DNA of 64,000 nucleotides from an uncultured Spirochaetota bacterium (GTDB lineage Bacteria > Spirochaetota > Brevinematia > Brevinematales > JAOACQ01), in NCBI GenBank assembly GCA_963783575.1, contig CAWAOD010000018.1, forward strand, positions 128,001 through 192,000. Reading direction: 5' to 3'. The translations under genes were made by a program, and so were the position numbers. Every line of letters starts with the position of its first letter. Position 1 is the stretch's first letter. The notes beneath the pieces were generated by a model, which saw only the letters and a list, made by a program, of their open reading frames with translations, ran no database searches and was not told where the DNA came from. This document shows positions 1 to 9,934 of this stretch, in pieces.

Positions 1-735
1 ACTACGAAATTCAATAGCAACATTTACAGCTCCTTCAATCTCAAATATGCTATGAGGAATCCCTTCTTCCCTGATAAAAGCTTCATATGCCGCATCATAA
101 AGTATAAGAGCTTTATTATTTTGTGCATAATCCACCCATTTTTTTAGTTCATTTTTAGTTAATACAGCTCCTGTTGGATTATTCGGGTAACAAAGATAGA
201 TAATATCAACCTTTCCGCTAGGTAAATCTGGTTTAAAATCATTTTTCCAATTACATGGGAGATATACAATATTTTCATAACTGCCATTGATATACCTGCC
301 TGATCTTCCTGCCATTACATTACTGTCAATATAAACCGGATAAACCGGATCGGTTATTGCTATCTTTGCGTCATCGGCAAAAATTTCCTGAATATTTGCA
401 GTGTCCTCTTTTGAGCCTGTTGTAATAAATATTTCTTCAGAAGTGATATTAACACCTCGACGTTTAAAATCAGAGTCCTGGATGATATCTCTAAGAAATT
501 CATATCCCTCATCCGAGCGATAGCCTTTGAAAGTATCGGGTTTTGCCATTTCATCAACAGCATCTTTCAATCCTTTTATAATTGAAGGTGGCAAAGGTTC
601 TGTCACATCTCCAATACCAAGAGATATTACTTTCAATCCGGGGTTATTTTTTTGAAATTCACTCACTCTTTTTGCTATTTCAGCAAATAGATAACCACCC
701 TGTAAATTCGTAAAATTTTCATTAATCTTAATCAT
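1..735 (-). CDS. dapL: LL-diaminopimelate aminotransferase (5' part; runs off the window start)
   Basis: Manual translation from the ATG at 735: MIRINENFTNLQGGYLFAEIAKRV...ISLGIGDVTEPLP...DPVYPVYIDSNVMAGR...YLCYPNNPTG...YDAAYEAFI...IEFRS, the typical DapL motifs. Absent from the ORF track because there is no stop in the window. Confidence 0.93.
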   Translation of the reverse strand, partial: MIKINENFTNLQGGYLFAEIAKRVSEFQKNNPGLKVISLGIGDVTEPLPPSIIKGLKDAVDEMAKPDTFKGYRSDEGYEFLRDIIQDSDFKRRGVNITSEEIFITTGSKEDTANIQEIFADDAKIAITDPVYPVYIDSNVMAGRSGRYINGSYENIVYLPCNWKNDFKPDLPSGKVDIIYLCYPNNPTGAVLTKNELKKWVDYAQNNKALILYDAAYEAFIREEGIPHSIFEIEGAVNVAIEFRS

Positions 736-766
736 ACTTTCAGACCTCATTTTCAAATAATACAAT

Positions 767-782
767 TGTTTTACGTGAAACA
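767..782. promoter_or_regulatory. parS centromere-like site (1 mismatch)
   Basis: TGTTTTACGTGAAACA versus the consensus TGTTTCACGTGAAACA, just downstream of parB. Confidence 0.85.
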
Positions 783-856
783 ATTTCTTTATAAATAAAA
801 TTTTTTTACTTTAACATAAATTGTGAAATCCCTAAATGTTGTAAATATTTTAAATT

Positions 857-884
857 GTCATCCAGAGCGGAGACTAGGGATGAC
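857..884. repeat. Short palindromic REP-like hairpin
   Basis: GTCATCC-AGAGCGGAGACTAG-GGATGAC. It shares the GTCATC/GATGAC stem with the hairpin at 16296-16330. Confidence 0.55.
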
Positions 885-958
885 TAATATAATATTGAAA
901 GGCCTGAGATGTTACTAATTATATACACAAAATTTTATAAAAATTCGATGCAAAATTA

Positions 959-1819
959 TTATTGTTTCGGTGAAATTAATCTATAAATATTTTCCAATTC
1001 TTCTTTTGAGAAATAATGAATTTCAATTTTACCTTTCTTTTGGTTTCCCTTAATCTCAACTTTTGACCCAATAGTTTTTATCAAAATCTCCTGAAGTTCC
1101 TCGATTTTATCATCCTTTAACTTGTGTGTTTCACGTGAAACAATTTCTTTAGGCATATTTTGTAAATTTTTTGCCTTTTTCTCGGTTTCCCTTACTGACA
1201 ATCCGTTTTCAATTATAAATCTAGTAAAATTTATTATCTTGTCGATATCATCGATGATTAAAAGAGCTCTAGCATGTCCTTCAGTTATTTCTCCATCAAT
1301 AATTTTATCACGGACAAATTCTGGTAACTTTAATAATCGTAAAGTGTTAGCAATTGAGCTTCTGTTTTTCCCGATTTTTTTTGCGAGATCTTCCTGAGTT
1401 AAATTCAATCTTTCCATTAATTCTTTATATGCCAGCGCCTCTTCAATGGAATTCAAATCCTCTCTTTGAATGTTCTCGATTAATGCGATTTCCAGTTTAT
1501 CCTCATCGGAAATCGCTTTAATAATTACAGGTATTTCAAATAGACCGGCTAATTTTGCGGCCTTAAGACGTCTTTCACCGGCAATCAACTCATACCTGCC
1601 GTCTCCTAAATCCGAAACAATGATTGGCTGTATAACTCCCTTTTCTTTAATTGAATCGGAAAGTTCTTTTAAAGATTCTTCATTGAAGTTTTTTCTTGGC
1701 TGATAGCGATTTGGGATAATTGTATTTATATCAACTGAATTAATCTGGTTTTTATCAATTTCATGGAATTCATTTTCATCGACCAGTGCCATCATTCCTC
1801 TTCCTAAGCCATGTTTCAT
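959..1819 (-). CDS. parB: ParB/Spo0J chromosome partitioning protein
   Basis: GLGRG N-terminus, PNRYQPRKNF, LIAGERR, ENIQREDLN and an HTH; adjacent to parA. Confidence 0.97.
   Translation of the reverse strand: MKHGLGRGMMALVDENEFHEIDKNQINSVDINTIIPNRYQPRKNFNEESLKELSDSIKEKGVIQPIIVSDLGDGRYELIAGERRLKAAKLAGLFEIPVIIKAISDEDKLEIALIENIQREDLNSIEEALAYKELMERLNLTQEDLAKKIGKNRSSIANTLRLLKLPEFVRDKIIDGEITEGHARALLIIDDIDKIINFTRFIIENGLSVRETEKKAKNLQNMPKEIVSRETHKLKDDKIEELQEILIKTIGSKVEIKGNQKKGKIEIHYFSKEELENIYRLISPKQ
1127..1142. promoter_or_regulatory. parS site (perfect consensus) inside parB
   Basis: TGTTTCACGTGAAACA, translated as VSRET in ParB. Confidence 0.9.
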
Positions 1820-1823
1820 ACAT

Positions 1824-2590
1824 TTAACCTGCTTTCTTTAAAAATTCTTTCCCGAACTTCAGATAAGTTTCTGCTCCCTGACTTTTATAATCATATTCAT
1901 AAATTGCCAGGCCATGGCTTGGAGCTTCGGATAATCTTACATTTCTTGGAATTATTGTTTCATAAACTTTTTCTTTGAAGTAATTCCTGACTTCCTCCAG
2001 CACCTGTTTTGACAGGTTTGTTCTTGAATCATACATTGTAACAAGAACTCCTTCAATAGCAAGTTCTTTATTTAACCCACTTTTGACAAGTTTTATAGCC
2101 TTTAAGAGCTGCGCCAATCCTTCCATAGCGTAAAATTCGCTCTGCATCGGGATAAGAACACTGTCTGCAGCTACAAGGCCATCAAGTGTAAATAATCCGA
2201 GTGAAGGTGGAGTATCAATTAAAACATAATCAAAATCGTTTTTTATTTCATTTATAGCATCTTTTAATATAAATTCCTTTTTCGGAATATTTAACAATTC
2301 GATTTGACTCCTGCAAGATCCATTGTTACCGGAACAAGTTTTAAATATGGATATTTTGTCTCAATGATCACATCTTTGATTTTTTTATGGCCAATTAAAA
2401 CTTCATAAATACCATTTCCCTGCCGGTCTCTAATATTAATTCCTAATCCGCTGCAGGAATTTCCCTGAGGATCGATATCCACAAGTAAAGTCTTTTTCTG
2501 GGCATTGGATAAAAAAGCCGCTAAATTAATTGCAGTTGTTGTTTTTCCAACTCCGCCTTTTTGATTTGCTATTACTATTATTTTTGCCAT
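1824..2590 (-). pseudogene. parA: ParA/Soj ATPase split by a 1-bp frameshift near 2307 (real lesion or sequencing error)
   Basis: ORF 2291-2590 has NQKGGVGKTT and DIDPQGN. ORF 1824-2297 has IDTPPSLG and IPRNVRLSEAPS. Adding one base at GGA-G^T-CAA restores DLAGxQIELLNIPK. Confidence 0.88.
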
Positions 2591-2691
2591 TCCAAGACCT
2601 CCAATGTTGCTCTTATCAAACTATGATTATAAATAAGAACTTATAAAAATTCAATATTGAACAGACTTTCTCCATAAAGATTGAGTGAAAA

Positions 2692-3444
2692 TCATTCTTT
2701 TAATTTAACATAAACGGCAGTTGGACCGGAATTGTCTTGAAATTTCAATTCAAAAACATTGTTATAGGATTTGATTAATTTTACTAATTGTGTAAAACCA
2801 TATGTCCTGGGATCAAAGCCCGGATCTAGCTGATGAAGATAAATACCAAGGGTTGACAAATGCGCCCAACCATCTTCCTGAACTGCCATTTGAAATGCTT
2901 CTTTCAGCAATGGGATTGGATTTAATATTTCTTCATTTTTTATGTTGGCTTCTTTTTTAGTTGCTTTTGACTTTTTATTACTTATTTCATGTTCAAGAAT
3001 ATTTTCATTATAGATAAACACATTACAAGCGTTTACAAATGATTTCGGTGTCTTTTTTTCACCGATCCCAATTACAAACATACCAGCTTCTCTTATCCTT
3101 GTAGCAAGCCTTGTGTAATCGCTATCGCTCGAGACAATACAGAAGCAATTGACAAGACCACTATGAAGAACATCCATTGAATCAATGATCATGGCGCTGT
3201 CTGTCGCATTTTTACCAATTGTGTATCGGAATTGTTGGATAGGCTGAATAGCATGATTATTAAGTTCCTCCTTCCAGCCGTTCATATTTGCCGTTGTCCA
3301 ATCACCGAAAATTCTTCTGATTGTAACAGCTCCATATTTACCGGCTTCCAGTAGAATTTTGTTAATTAGATTCGGCCTAGCATTATCTCCGTCGATCATC
3401 AAAGCAATTTTATACCTATTGTTTTCTGTAAATTGATCCGACAT
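2692..3444 (-). CDS. NYN (LabA/DUF88) domain protein with C-terminal OST-HTH/LOTUS domain
   Basis: IDGDN, GKNATDSAMIID and VSSDSDY acidic motifs; C-terminal GWAHLSTLG...FDPRTYGF. Confidence 0.9.
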   Translation of the reverse strand: MSDQFTENNRYKIALMIDGDNARPNLINKILLEAGKYGAVTIRRIFGDWTTANMNGWKEELNNHAIQPIQQFRYTIGKNATDSAMIIDSMDVLHSGLVNCFCIVSSDSDYTRLATRIREAGMFVIGIGEKKTPKSFVNACNVFIYNENILEHEISNKKSKATKKEANIKNEEILNPIPLLKEAFQMAVQEDGWAHLSTLGIYLHQLDPGFDPRTYGFTQLVKLIKSYNNVFELKFQDNSGPTAVYVKLKE

Positions 3445-3623
3445 ACTATCCCCTTGAATATAATATCAATAATCAATAAATAATTATGACTTCTTTTTCC
3501 CAAACATTCAATATAATAGGTAATTTAAATACTGATTAAAACAACTTTATATTTTTGGCGAGTTATTATATAATAATACTTAAAATTATTTAAGTGAATC
3601 AGAATTAATAGTGAGGTTTTATT

Positions 3624-4883
3624 ATGACAATTTCAAATGCAAATGAGTATATAGTTAAAATAGCAAAGAATGCCAAAGATGTTTCTCTTGAAGTCGCTTC
3701 CATGAATACCAAAGATAAAAATAATGCCCTTATGTCTATACAAAAGAATATTTTAAATAATATTGATACTATAATCACTGAAAATAAAAAAGATATAGAA
3801 TTCGCAATATCAGCCGGCAAGAGCAAAGCTTTTACGGATAGGTTATTACTGGATGAAGGAAGAATAAAATCTATGGTTTCTTCTATACAGGAAGTAATTG
3901 GACTTCCTGATCCCGTCGGAAGCGGAAATTGGATCACCCGCCGGCCAAATGGCTTAAAAATTCAAAAAATTCGAGTTCCGATAGGAGTAGTAGCTATGAT
4001 CTATGAATCCAGGCCAAATGTAACATGTGACGCATCAAGTCTTACTCTAAAATCGGGTAATACCGTTATACTCCGCGGCGGTAAGGAATCTATTCATTCT
4101 AATATTATTATTGCAAATTTAATCAGGGCAGGGTTAAAAACCGCCGGTTTTCCGGAGGACTCCGTGCAATTGATAGAACGGACCGAACATGAAATTGTTG
4201 ACGAAATGCTGAAGCTAAATGATTATATTGATGTTGTAATTCCAAGAGGAGGAGAAAGTCTGATTAAATCTGTTATTGAAAAATCCAATATACCGGTAAT
4301 CAAACATGACAAAGGACTCTGCCATGTTTTTATAGATGAATCTGCAAACAGGGAAAAGGCTGAAAAAATAACCATAAATGCAAAATGCCAGAAACCATCG
4401 GTATGTAATGCCATGGAAACTCTGTTAATCCAAGAAAATTATCCGTATTGGAAAGAACTAATTACAGAATTATTGAATAATAGATTAGAAGTAAGAGCCG
4501 ATGATAAAATTTGCAGTATTTTTAAAAGCCTGAAACTGGCGACAGAAGAAGATTGGCATACTGAATATCTTGATTATATCATTTCAGTTAAATTAGTCAG
4601 AGATGTAAAAGAAGCTATCCGGCATATAAATTTTTACGGTTCACACCTATCCGATGCGATAGTCAGCGAAAATTATGACAATATACAGCTTTTTTTGGAC
4701 AGAGTTGACAGTGCTACAGTATACGCCAATGCTTCAACAAGATTTACGGATGGCGGAGAATTTGGGCTTGGAACAGAAGTTGGAATCTCTACACAAAAAC
4801 TTCATGCCAGAGGTCCAATGGGTCTTGAATCTCTAACAACAGAAAAATGGATAATTTATGGCAATGGTCAGATAAGGGAATAA
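3624..4883 (+). CDS. proA: Gamma-glutamyl phosphate reductase
   Basis: IYESRPNVT, PRGGESLI, VCNAMETL, NASTRFTDGGEFGLG, STQKLHARGPMGL. Confidence 0.97.
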   Translation: MTISNANEYIVKIAKNAKDVSLEVASMNTKDKNNALMSIQKNILNNIDTIITENKKDIEFAISAGKSKAFTDRLLLDEGRIKSMVSSIQEVIGLPDPVGSGNWITRRPNGLKIQKIRVPIGVVAMIYESRPNVTCDASSLTLKSGNTVILRGGKESIHSNIIIANLIRAGLKTAGFPEDSVQLIERTEHEIVDEMLKLNDYIDVVIPRGGESLIKSVIEKSNIPVIKHDKGLCHVFIDESANREKAEKITINAKCQKPSVCNAMETLLIQENYPYWKELITELLNNRLEVRADDKICSIFKSLKLATEEDWHTEYLDYIISVKLVRDVKEAIRHINFYGSHLSDAIVSENYDNIQLFLDRVDSATVYANASTRFTDGGEFGLGTEVGISTQKLHARGPMGLESLTTEKWIIYGNGQIRE

Positions 4884-4952
4884 TTCCTTATTATATGCTT
4901 ATATAAAAATTAAATATTTTATTGTTTAATCAAATCCAAAGGAGGGTTAGAA

Positions 4953-6161
4953 GTGGCACTAATAGTCCAGAAATATGGCGGCACATCAGTTGGAGATGTG
5001 GAAAGAATTAAAAATGTGGCTCAAAAGGTTATTGCAATTAAGAAGCAGGGCAATGATGTCGTTGTTGTTGTTTCTGCTATGAGTGGTACAACGGATTTTT
5101 TAATTAATCAGGGCAAACAAATCACACCTACCCCGTCAAAAAGAGAGATGGATATGCTGGTTTCAACCGGTGAGCAGGTTACAACAGCACTTCTTTCTAT
5201 TGCAATCCACAGCCTGGGGGTCGATGCTATTTCATATAATGCAATACAAATTGGAATAAAAACTACTTCAGATTTCACTAAAGCAAAAATTCTTGATATA
5301 AATACTGAAAGAATTACATCTTCATTGAAAGAAAATAAAATTGTAGTAATTGCCGGGTTTCAAGGTATGGATGAAAATATGAACATTACCACTCTTGGAC
5401 GTGGTGGCTCCGATACAACTGCCGTTGCAGTTGCCGCTGCATTGAAAGCCGACAGATGCGATATTTATACTGATGTTGACGGGGTTTATACAGCCGACCC
5501 TAGAATCGTAAAAGAGGCTAAGAAATTAAAAATAATTACTCATGATGAAATGCTTGAATTGGCTTCAATGGGAGCAAAAGTTTTACATGACAGATCGGTA
5601 ATATTTGCAATGAAATATGGTGTACCTTTAAGGGTTTTATCGACTTTTATAGAAAATGAAGGAACTTTAGTAGTAAAGGAGAGCAAAGATATGGAAGATC
5701 TTGTAATAACTGGAATAGCAAAAAAGATTGATGAAACAAGAATAAATATTTCAGGAATACCTGATAAGCCAGGTGTTGCAGCCAATATTTTCAAAAAACT
5801 TGGAGATAATAATATCAATGTAAATATGATAGTACAGAGTGTTGGAAAAGATGCAATTAGTCAGATTTCATTTACTGTTCTGTCAAATGATATTCAGGAC
5901 ACTAAAAAAATCATGGAGAAATTGAAAGAGGAATTAAATGCCGAAGATGTTTCTTATAATGATGATATTGCGATCGTTTCCGTAGTAGGTATAGGGATGA
6001 GAGCCCATACCGGAGTAGCTGCTGCGGTTTTTGAGGAATTGGCATTGAATAAAATCAATATTGAGATGATATCCACATCTGAAATTAAAATATCTGTTGT
6101 TATAAAAAAAGAAATGGCAGATGAAACAATAAGACTGCTACACAAACGTTTTATTAGATAA
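4953..6161 (+). CDS. lysC: Aspartate kinase
   Basis: QKYGGTSV, TLGRGGSDTTA, YTDVDGVYTADPR and two C-terminal ACT domains; GTG start after GGAGG. Confidence 0.96.
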   Translation: MALIVQKYGGTSVGDVERIKNVAQKVIAIKKQGNDVVVVVSAMSGTTDFLINQGKQITPTPSKREMDMLVSTGEQVTTALLSIAIHSLGVDAISYNAIQIGIKTTSDFTKAKILDINTERITSSLKENKIVVIAGFQGMDENMNITTLGRGGSDTTAVAVAAALKADRCDIYTDVDGVYTADPRIVKEAKKLKIITHDEMLELASMGAKVLHDRSVIFAMKYGVPLRVLSTFIENEGTLVVKESKDMEDLVITGIAKKIDETRINISGIPDKPGVAANIFKKLGDNNINVNMIVQSVGKDAISQISFTVLSNDIQDTKKIMEKLKEELNAEDVSYNDDIAIVSVVGIGMRAHTGVAAAVFEELALNKINIEMISTSEIKISVVIKKEMADETIRLLHKRFIR

Positions 6162-6497
6162 ATAATTTTCTCTTGCTAATTATTTATACCTTTAATAAAT
6201 TGAATTGGACCGACAAACTATAATTTACTGGCTGAGTATATTTATCAGAACAAATATTATTATTTTCATATAATCCATCTTTTTCAGTTCTTTTCTTCAC
6301 GGCTTAAATTAACAATGAAAATAAGCAAATTAGCCTAAATAAAATATAAATAATTAGCATTGTAATTAAATGCGATTTAATTTATGATGATAATCTTGAT
6401 TTGTTATGCAAAAAGAAACTCCTTTTATTAATTTTTTTATAAAAAATGCAGATAATATAGTTGGGTATTCTAATATCATAATTCCGGAGTATAAGAC

Positions 6498-7379
6498 ATG
6501 TTAAAATATTATTTATTATTATCAATTCTTTTCATCACTATTCAAGTAATTTATTCTCTTGATATTGATGAAGCAAAATATAATCTCGGAACAAAATTAT
6601 TTAATCAAAAACTTTACAGTGAAGCTATAGAAGAATATCACGATTTGATTGAAAAATATCCATATACAAAATATTTTAATAAATCAATATTGAATATGGC
6701 AAAATCCTATTATAATATTTGTAATTTTGAAAAAGCCTTAAATTTATATAAAATACTTGGGAATAAGGCTGAAAACGATTCAGAAAAAAAAATCTCGTTA
6801 CTTGGAAAAGGAGAAAGTTATTATAAACTAAAAATTTGGAACGAAGCAGCTTTATCCTATATGAACTTTGCAATAAAATATACAAACTCGTCATCTTGTC
6901 CTTTGGCTCTTTATTATTCGGCAAAATCACTTGAAAATCTTGGATTAATATCAAATGCAATCAAAATTTATAACAGTCTAATTGATGAATACCCGCAAAG
7001 CATCTATTATATGGATTCTATTAATCGTATAAATGATCTGGAAGAAAAGTTAAAAAAACAATTTTCTTCTGCCGATAATACTAATTTTATTACTAATAAT
7101 TCAATTGTCACCAATTTAATTACTATTAATGAAACAAATTATGAAGCAAAGATACAAACAAACGAAATAATAATAAGTAATACAATTTTATTAACACAAA
7201 GTATTGAAATTTTAGATTCTAATTCCCTTATATTAGAAAAGGAAAAAAATGAAAGTGTAAAAAGACAGGAAGAGATAGAAAGATTACAGGCTTTAATTGA
7301 TCTTAAAGCTAAACTTCTTGATTTAAAGGAAAAAGCGATCAAAGAAAAAAATAATCTTATTGTTAATACTAATGACTAG
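6498..7379 (+). CDS. Exported TPR protein (BamD/CpoB-like repeats) with Thr/Asn-rich linker and coiled coil
   Basis: Signal peptide, TPR-like helices (EKYP, DEYPQS) and a C-terminal coiled coil. Confidence 0.7.
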   Translation: MLKYYLLLSILFITIQVIYSLDIDEAKYNLGTKLFNQKLYSEAIEEYHDLIEKYPYTKYFNKSILNMAKSYYNICNFEKALNLYKILGNKAENDSEKKISLLGKGESYYKLKIWNEAALSYMNFAIKYTNSSSCPLALYYSAKSLENLGLISNAIKIYNSLIDEYPQSIYYMDSINRINDLEEKLKKQFSSADNTNFITNNSIVTNLITINETNYEAKIQTNEIIISNTILLTQSIEILDSNSLILEKEKNESVKRQEEIERLQALIDLKAKLLDLKEKAIKEKNNLIVNTND

Positions 7380-7400
7380 AAAATAAAGTCAGGATTTAAT

Positions 7401-9059
7401 ATGAAATGGCTAAAATGGAATATTCTATTCCTTATACTAATATTAAATATAATTTCTCTAGGTTTTTCAGATGTTATATCATTATCCGGAAAAAGAATTG
7501 CTTTTTTCCTGGATGATAAAACCGGAAATTTTTATCTTGAAAATCCCAATCCTAAATCGAAAGATTTTAAAGATCTTCTTTTTAAAGATATGCCACCAAC
7601 ATCTTACATTACTTTGATCATTGATGAAAAACCTTACAGGCTAAACGATTCAAAATTGAAAGCTGTTCAATCATTTATTGTCTCTGACAATAATATTATC
7701 GGAAATTATATGCTTAATAAATACAGCATCCGGGTAACTTTTATGATTACGAACCTTTCTTTAAAAGATTATGATTCCATAGTCTGTATTGTGTCTGCAA
7801 AAAATAACTCAGATAAACAGGCGTTATTTGGAGCCAGATTTCTGTTTGATACTGTATATGGTGAATCATCAAAGAAAGTAAACCTTTATTTTTCAAGTGG
7901 TGAAAAAATAGAATATGATAGAATAATAAATCAGGAAAATATACCATCATTTGTTTTTAGCGGACTGCCTGATTCAGAAAACCAAGAATTTGGTTATGGC
8001 TTGTTTATTTATCCATCACTAAATGAGTTAAAGCCTGATTCAATGATAATTGGAAACTGGAAGATGCTTGATGAAAAAGAAATAGATTATACTGTCAACC
8101 CACTTGCCAGATTCAGATATAACCAATTTTCCAGCCCAGATGCAGCCATTGCATTGTTATATAAAAGCATAAATGTAAAAACCGGCGAAGAAATTAATTT
8201 TGGAACAATTTTATCAAGCTCAAAACTTCCAATAGTTAATATTAAATTGATTGATGCCATTGTTACATCAAAAATATTAACTCCTAATCTCTCAAATACT
8301 AATCTGGGGGTAGCCTCAGGCATTATTGCATCTACAAATACATTTTTAAATGCAAATTTTATACAAAATACGAACTTAATAAGATCTCAAATAGACATCT
8401 TGGATAGAATATCATTATTGATTGATAAAATTGATGCTTTTATCACAAATACGAATTCAATACAGCAAAAAAATGTTACTGAAATTGAGAAATCAAGTCT
8501 GGGAAAAGGATTAGATAAATCAATGACAAGAGTTACAATAGGAGATCCCTTTCAAAATGAAAGTTTAGAAGAAAAATCATATAAATCAATTAACAGGAAG
8601 GAACCTGAATCAAAAGAAAGTCCTAATAATTTATCACAAGGAAATAAAATCCAAAACACATTCACAAATACCGTTAATCTTGATGCAGGCACAAATCAAA
8701 AAGATGTTGATAACCTCATCGGAGGTTTAAAAGAGGAAAGACAAAAGCTCCAGAAACAATATGAAGACAAAATTGCTTCTTTACAGGAATATTATCAAAA
8801 TTTATTAAAAGAACAGGAAAACGAATATAAAAATTCTTCGATTGATTATAAGGAGAAGATTGAAGAAAAAGAAAAAATAAAGAATTGGAATCAAAGATTT
8901 ACTAATATCGATAATACATTAATTTCTATAGATCAAAAGATTGCAATAATAGAAGAGCTTCTTCAGTTAGATCTGGATTTTGAAAGTATGCCTGCCGATA
9001 AAATGGAAAGCATTAGCCAAACCATCAATAACATTGAAAAAAAAATAAGCAATAATTAA
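7401..9059 (+). CDS. Exported hypothetical protein with beta-rich N-domain, T/N-rich linker and coiled-coil C-terminus
   Basis: 552-aa ORF with a signal peptide; no family recognised. Confidence 0.7.
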   Translation: MKWLKWNILFLILILNIISLGFSDVISLSGKRIAFFLDDKTGNFYLENPNPKSKDFKDLLFKDMPPTSYITLIIDEKPYRLNDSKLKAVQSFIVSDNNIIGNYMLNKYSIRVTFMITNLSLKDYDSIVCIVSAKNNSDKQALFGARFLFDTVYGESSKKVNLYFSSGEKIEYDRIINQENIPSFVFSGLPDSENQEFGYGLFIYPSLNELKPDSMIIGNWKMLDEKEIDYTVNPLARFRYNQFSSPDAAIALLYKSINVKTGEEINFGTILSSSKLPIVNIKLIDAIVTSKILTPNLSNTNLGVASGIIASTNTFLNANFIQNTNLIRSQIDILDRISLLIDKIDAFITNTNSIQQKNVTEIEKSSLGKGLDKSMTRVTIGDPFQNESLEEKSYKSINRKEPESKESPNNLSQGNKIQNTFTNTVNLDAGTNQKDVDNLIGGLKEERQKLQKQYEDKIASLQEYYQNLLKEQENEYKNSSIDYKEKIEEKEKIKNWNQRFTNIDNTLISIDQKIAIIEELLQLDLDFESMPADKMESISQTINNIEKKISNN

Positions 9060-9168
9060 AAAAGTTACATATCTTTAATACAACAAAATTACATTATAAA
9101 AAATCGTTTATTTCAATTTATATTTAGCTTTTTTTTTAAAATATGGTTATTATTTTAGAGGGAATATT

Positions 9169-9915
9169 ATGAATATACTTAAAATCCTTTTTATTTTTAT
9201 ATTATTTTCTTATCTATATTCAGAAATCGATTATGCAGAAAATGGAGCAGATGATCCTTCTTATAAAAAAGGTTTGCAATTTTATACTGAAAAGAAATTT
9301 CTGTTGGCAATAGGAAGTTTTAAAAAAGCTGTGGATTCAGGATTGCAGGATCCAAAACTATATTTTTATCTGGCAAATAGTTATATCGCTACTGAGGACT
9401 ATGATAAAGCAATTGATCTATACAAATTAGACCTTGAGATGTCCGATTTACCAGAATTTAAAGCTATTGTGAATTTTGATCTTGCTTATGCATATTATTT
9501 AAAAAAGGAATATTTGAAAGCCATAGATTTATTAAATATTGCATATGGATTAAACGGCAATTTGAATCAGACTTACTGGATTAAAGGTAATGCCTTTTAT
9601 TTACTGAAAGATAAAACAAATACGATTAATGAATGGGAAAAATATATTGAAAGAGTCCCGAACGGAGAAGAGAGCGACAATATCAAAAAGGCTCTGGCAA
9701 TATTAAAATCACCAAATTATGATATGAATAAGGATAAATTTATAATATCATTAAACGGTAACGGATCAAATATGACAGAATCCGCACAGGAATCAGATAA
9801 AAGCGAGGCTATTAATATTCAACCTTTGATTGATATTCAAGGTGTTCTTGATGAGATTAAACCTTCTGATAAAGGTAAATTAGCGGATGAAGGAATGGAA
9901 GAAATAGAAAAATAA
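9169..9915 (+). CDS. Exported TPR protein
   Basis: Signal peptide followed by TPR repeats (YFYLANSY...YDKAI). Confidence 0.8.
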   Translation: MNILKILFIFILFSYLYSEIDYAENGADDPSYKKGLQFYTEKKFLLAIGSFKKAVDSGLQDPKLYFYLANSYIATEDYDKAIDLYKLDLEMSDLPEFKAIVNFDLAYAYYLKKEYLKAIDLLNIAYGLNGNLNQTYWIKGNAFYLLKDKTNTINEWEKYIERVPNGEESDNIKKALAILKSPNYDMNKDKFIISLNGNGSNMTESAQESDKSEAINIQPLIDIQGVLDEIKPSDKGKLADEGMEEIEK

Positions 9916-9934
9916 ATAATTTTGGAGTTTGATT

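Noticed and set aside
4884..4952. Lysine riboswitch before lysC
   Set aside because: The spacer is only about 70 bp and AT-rich.
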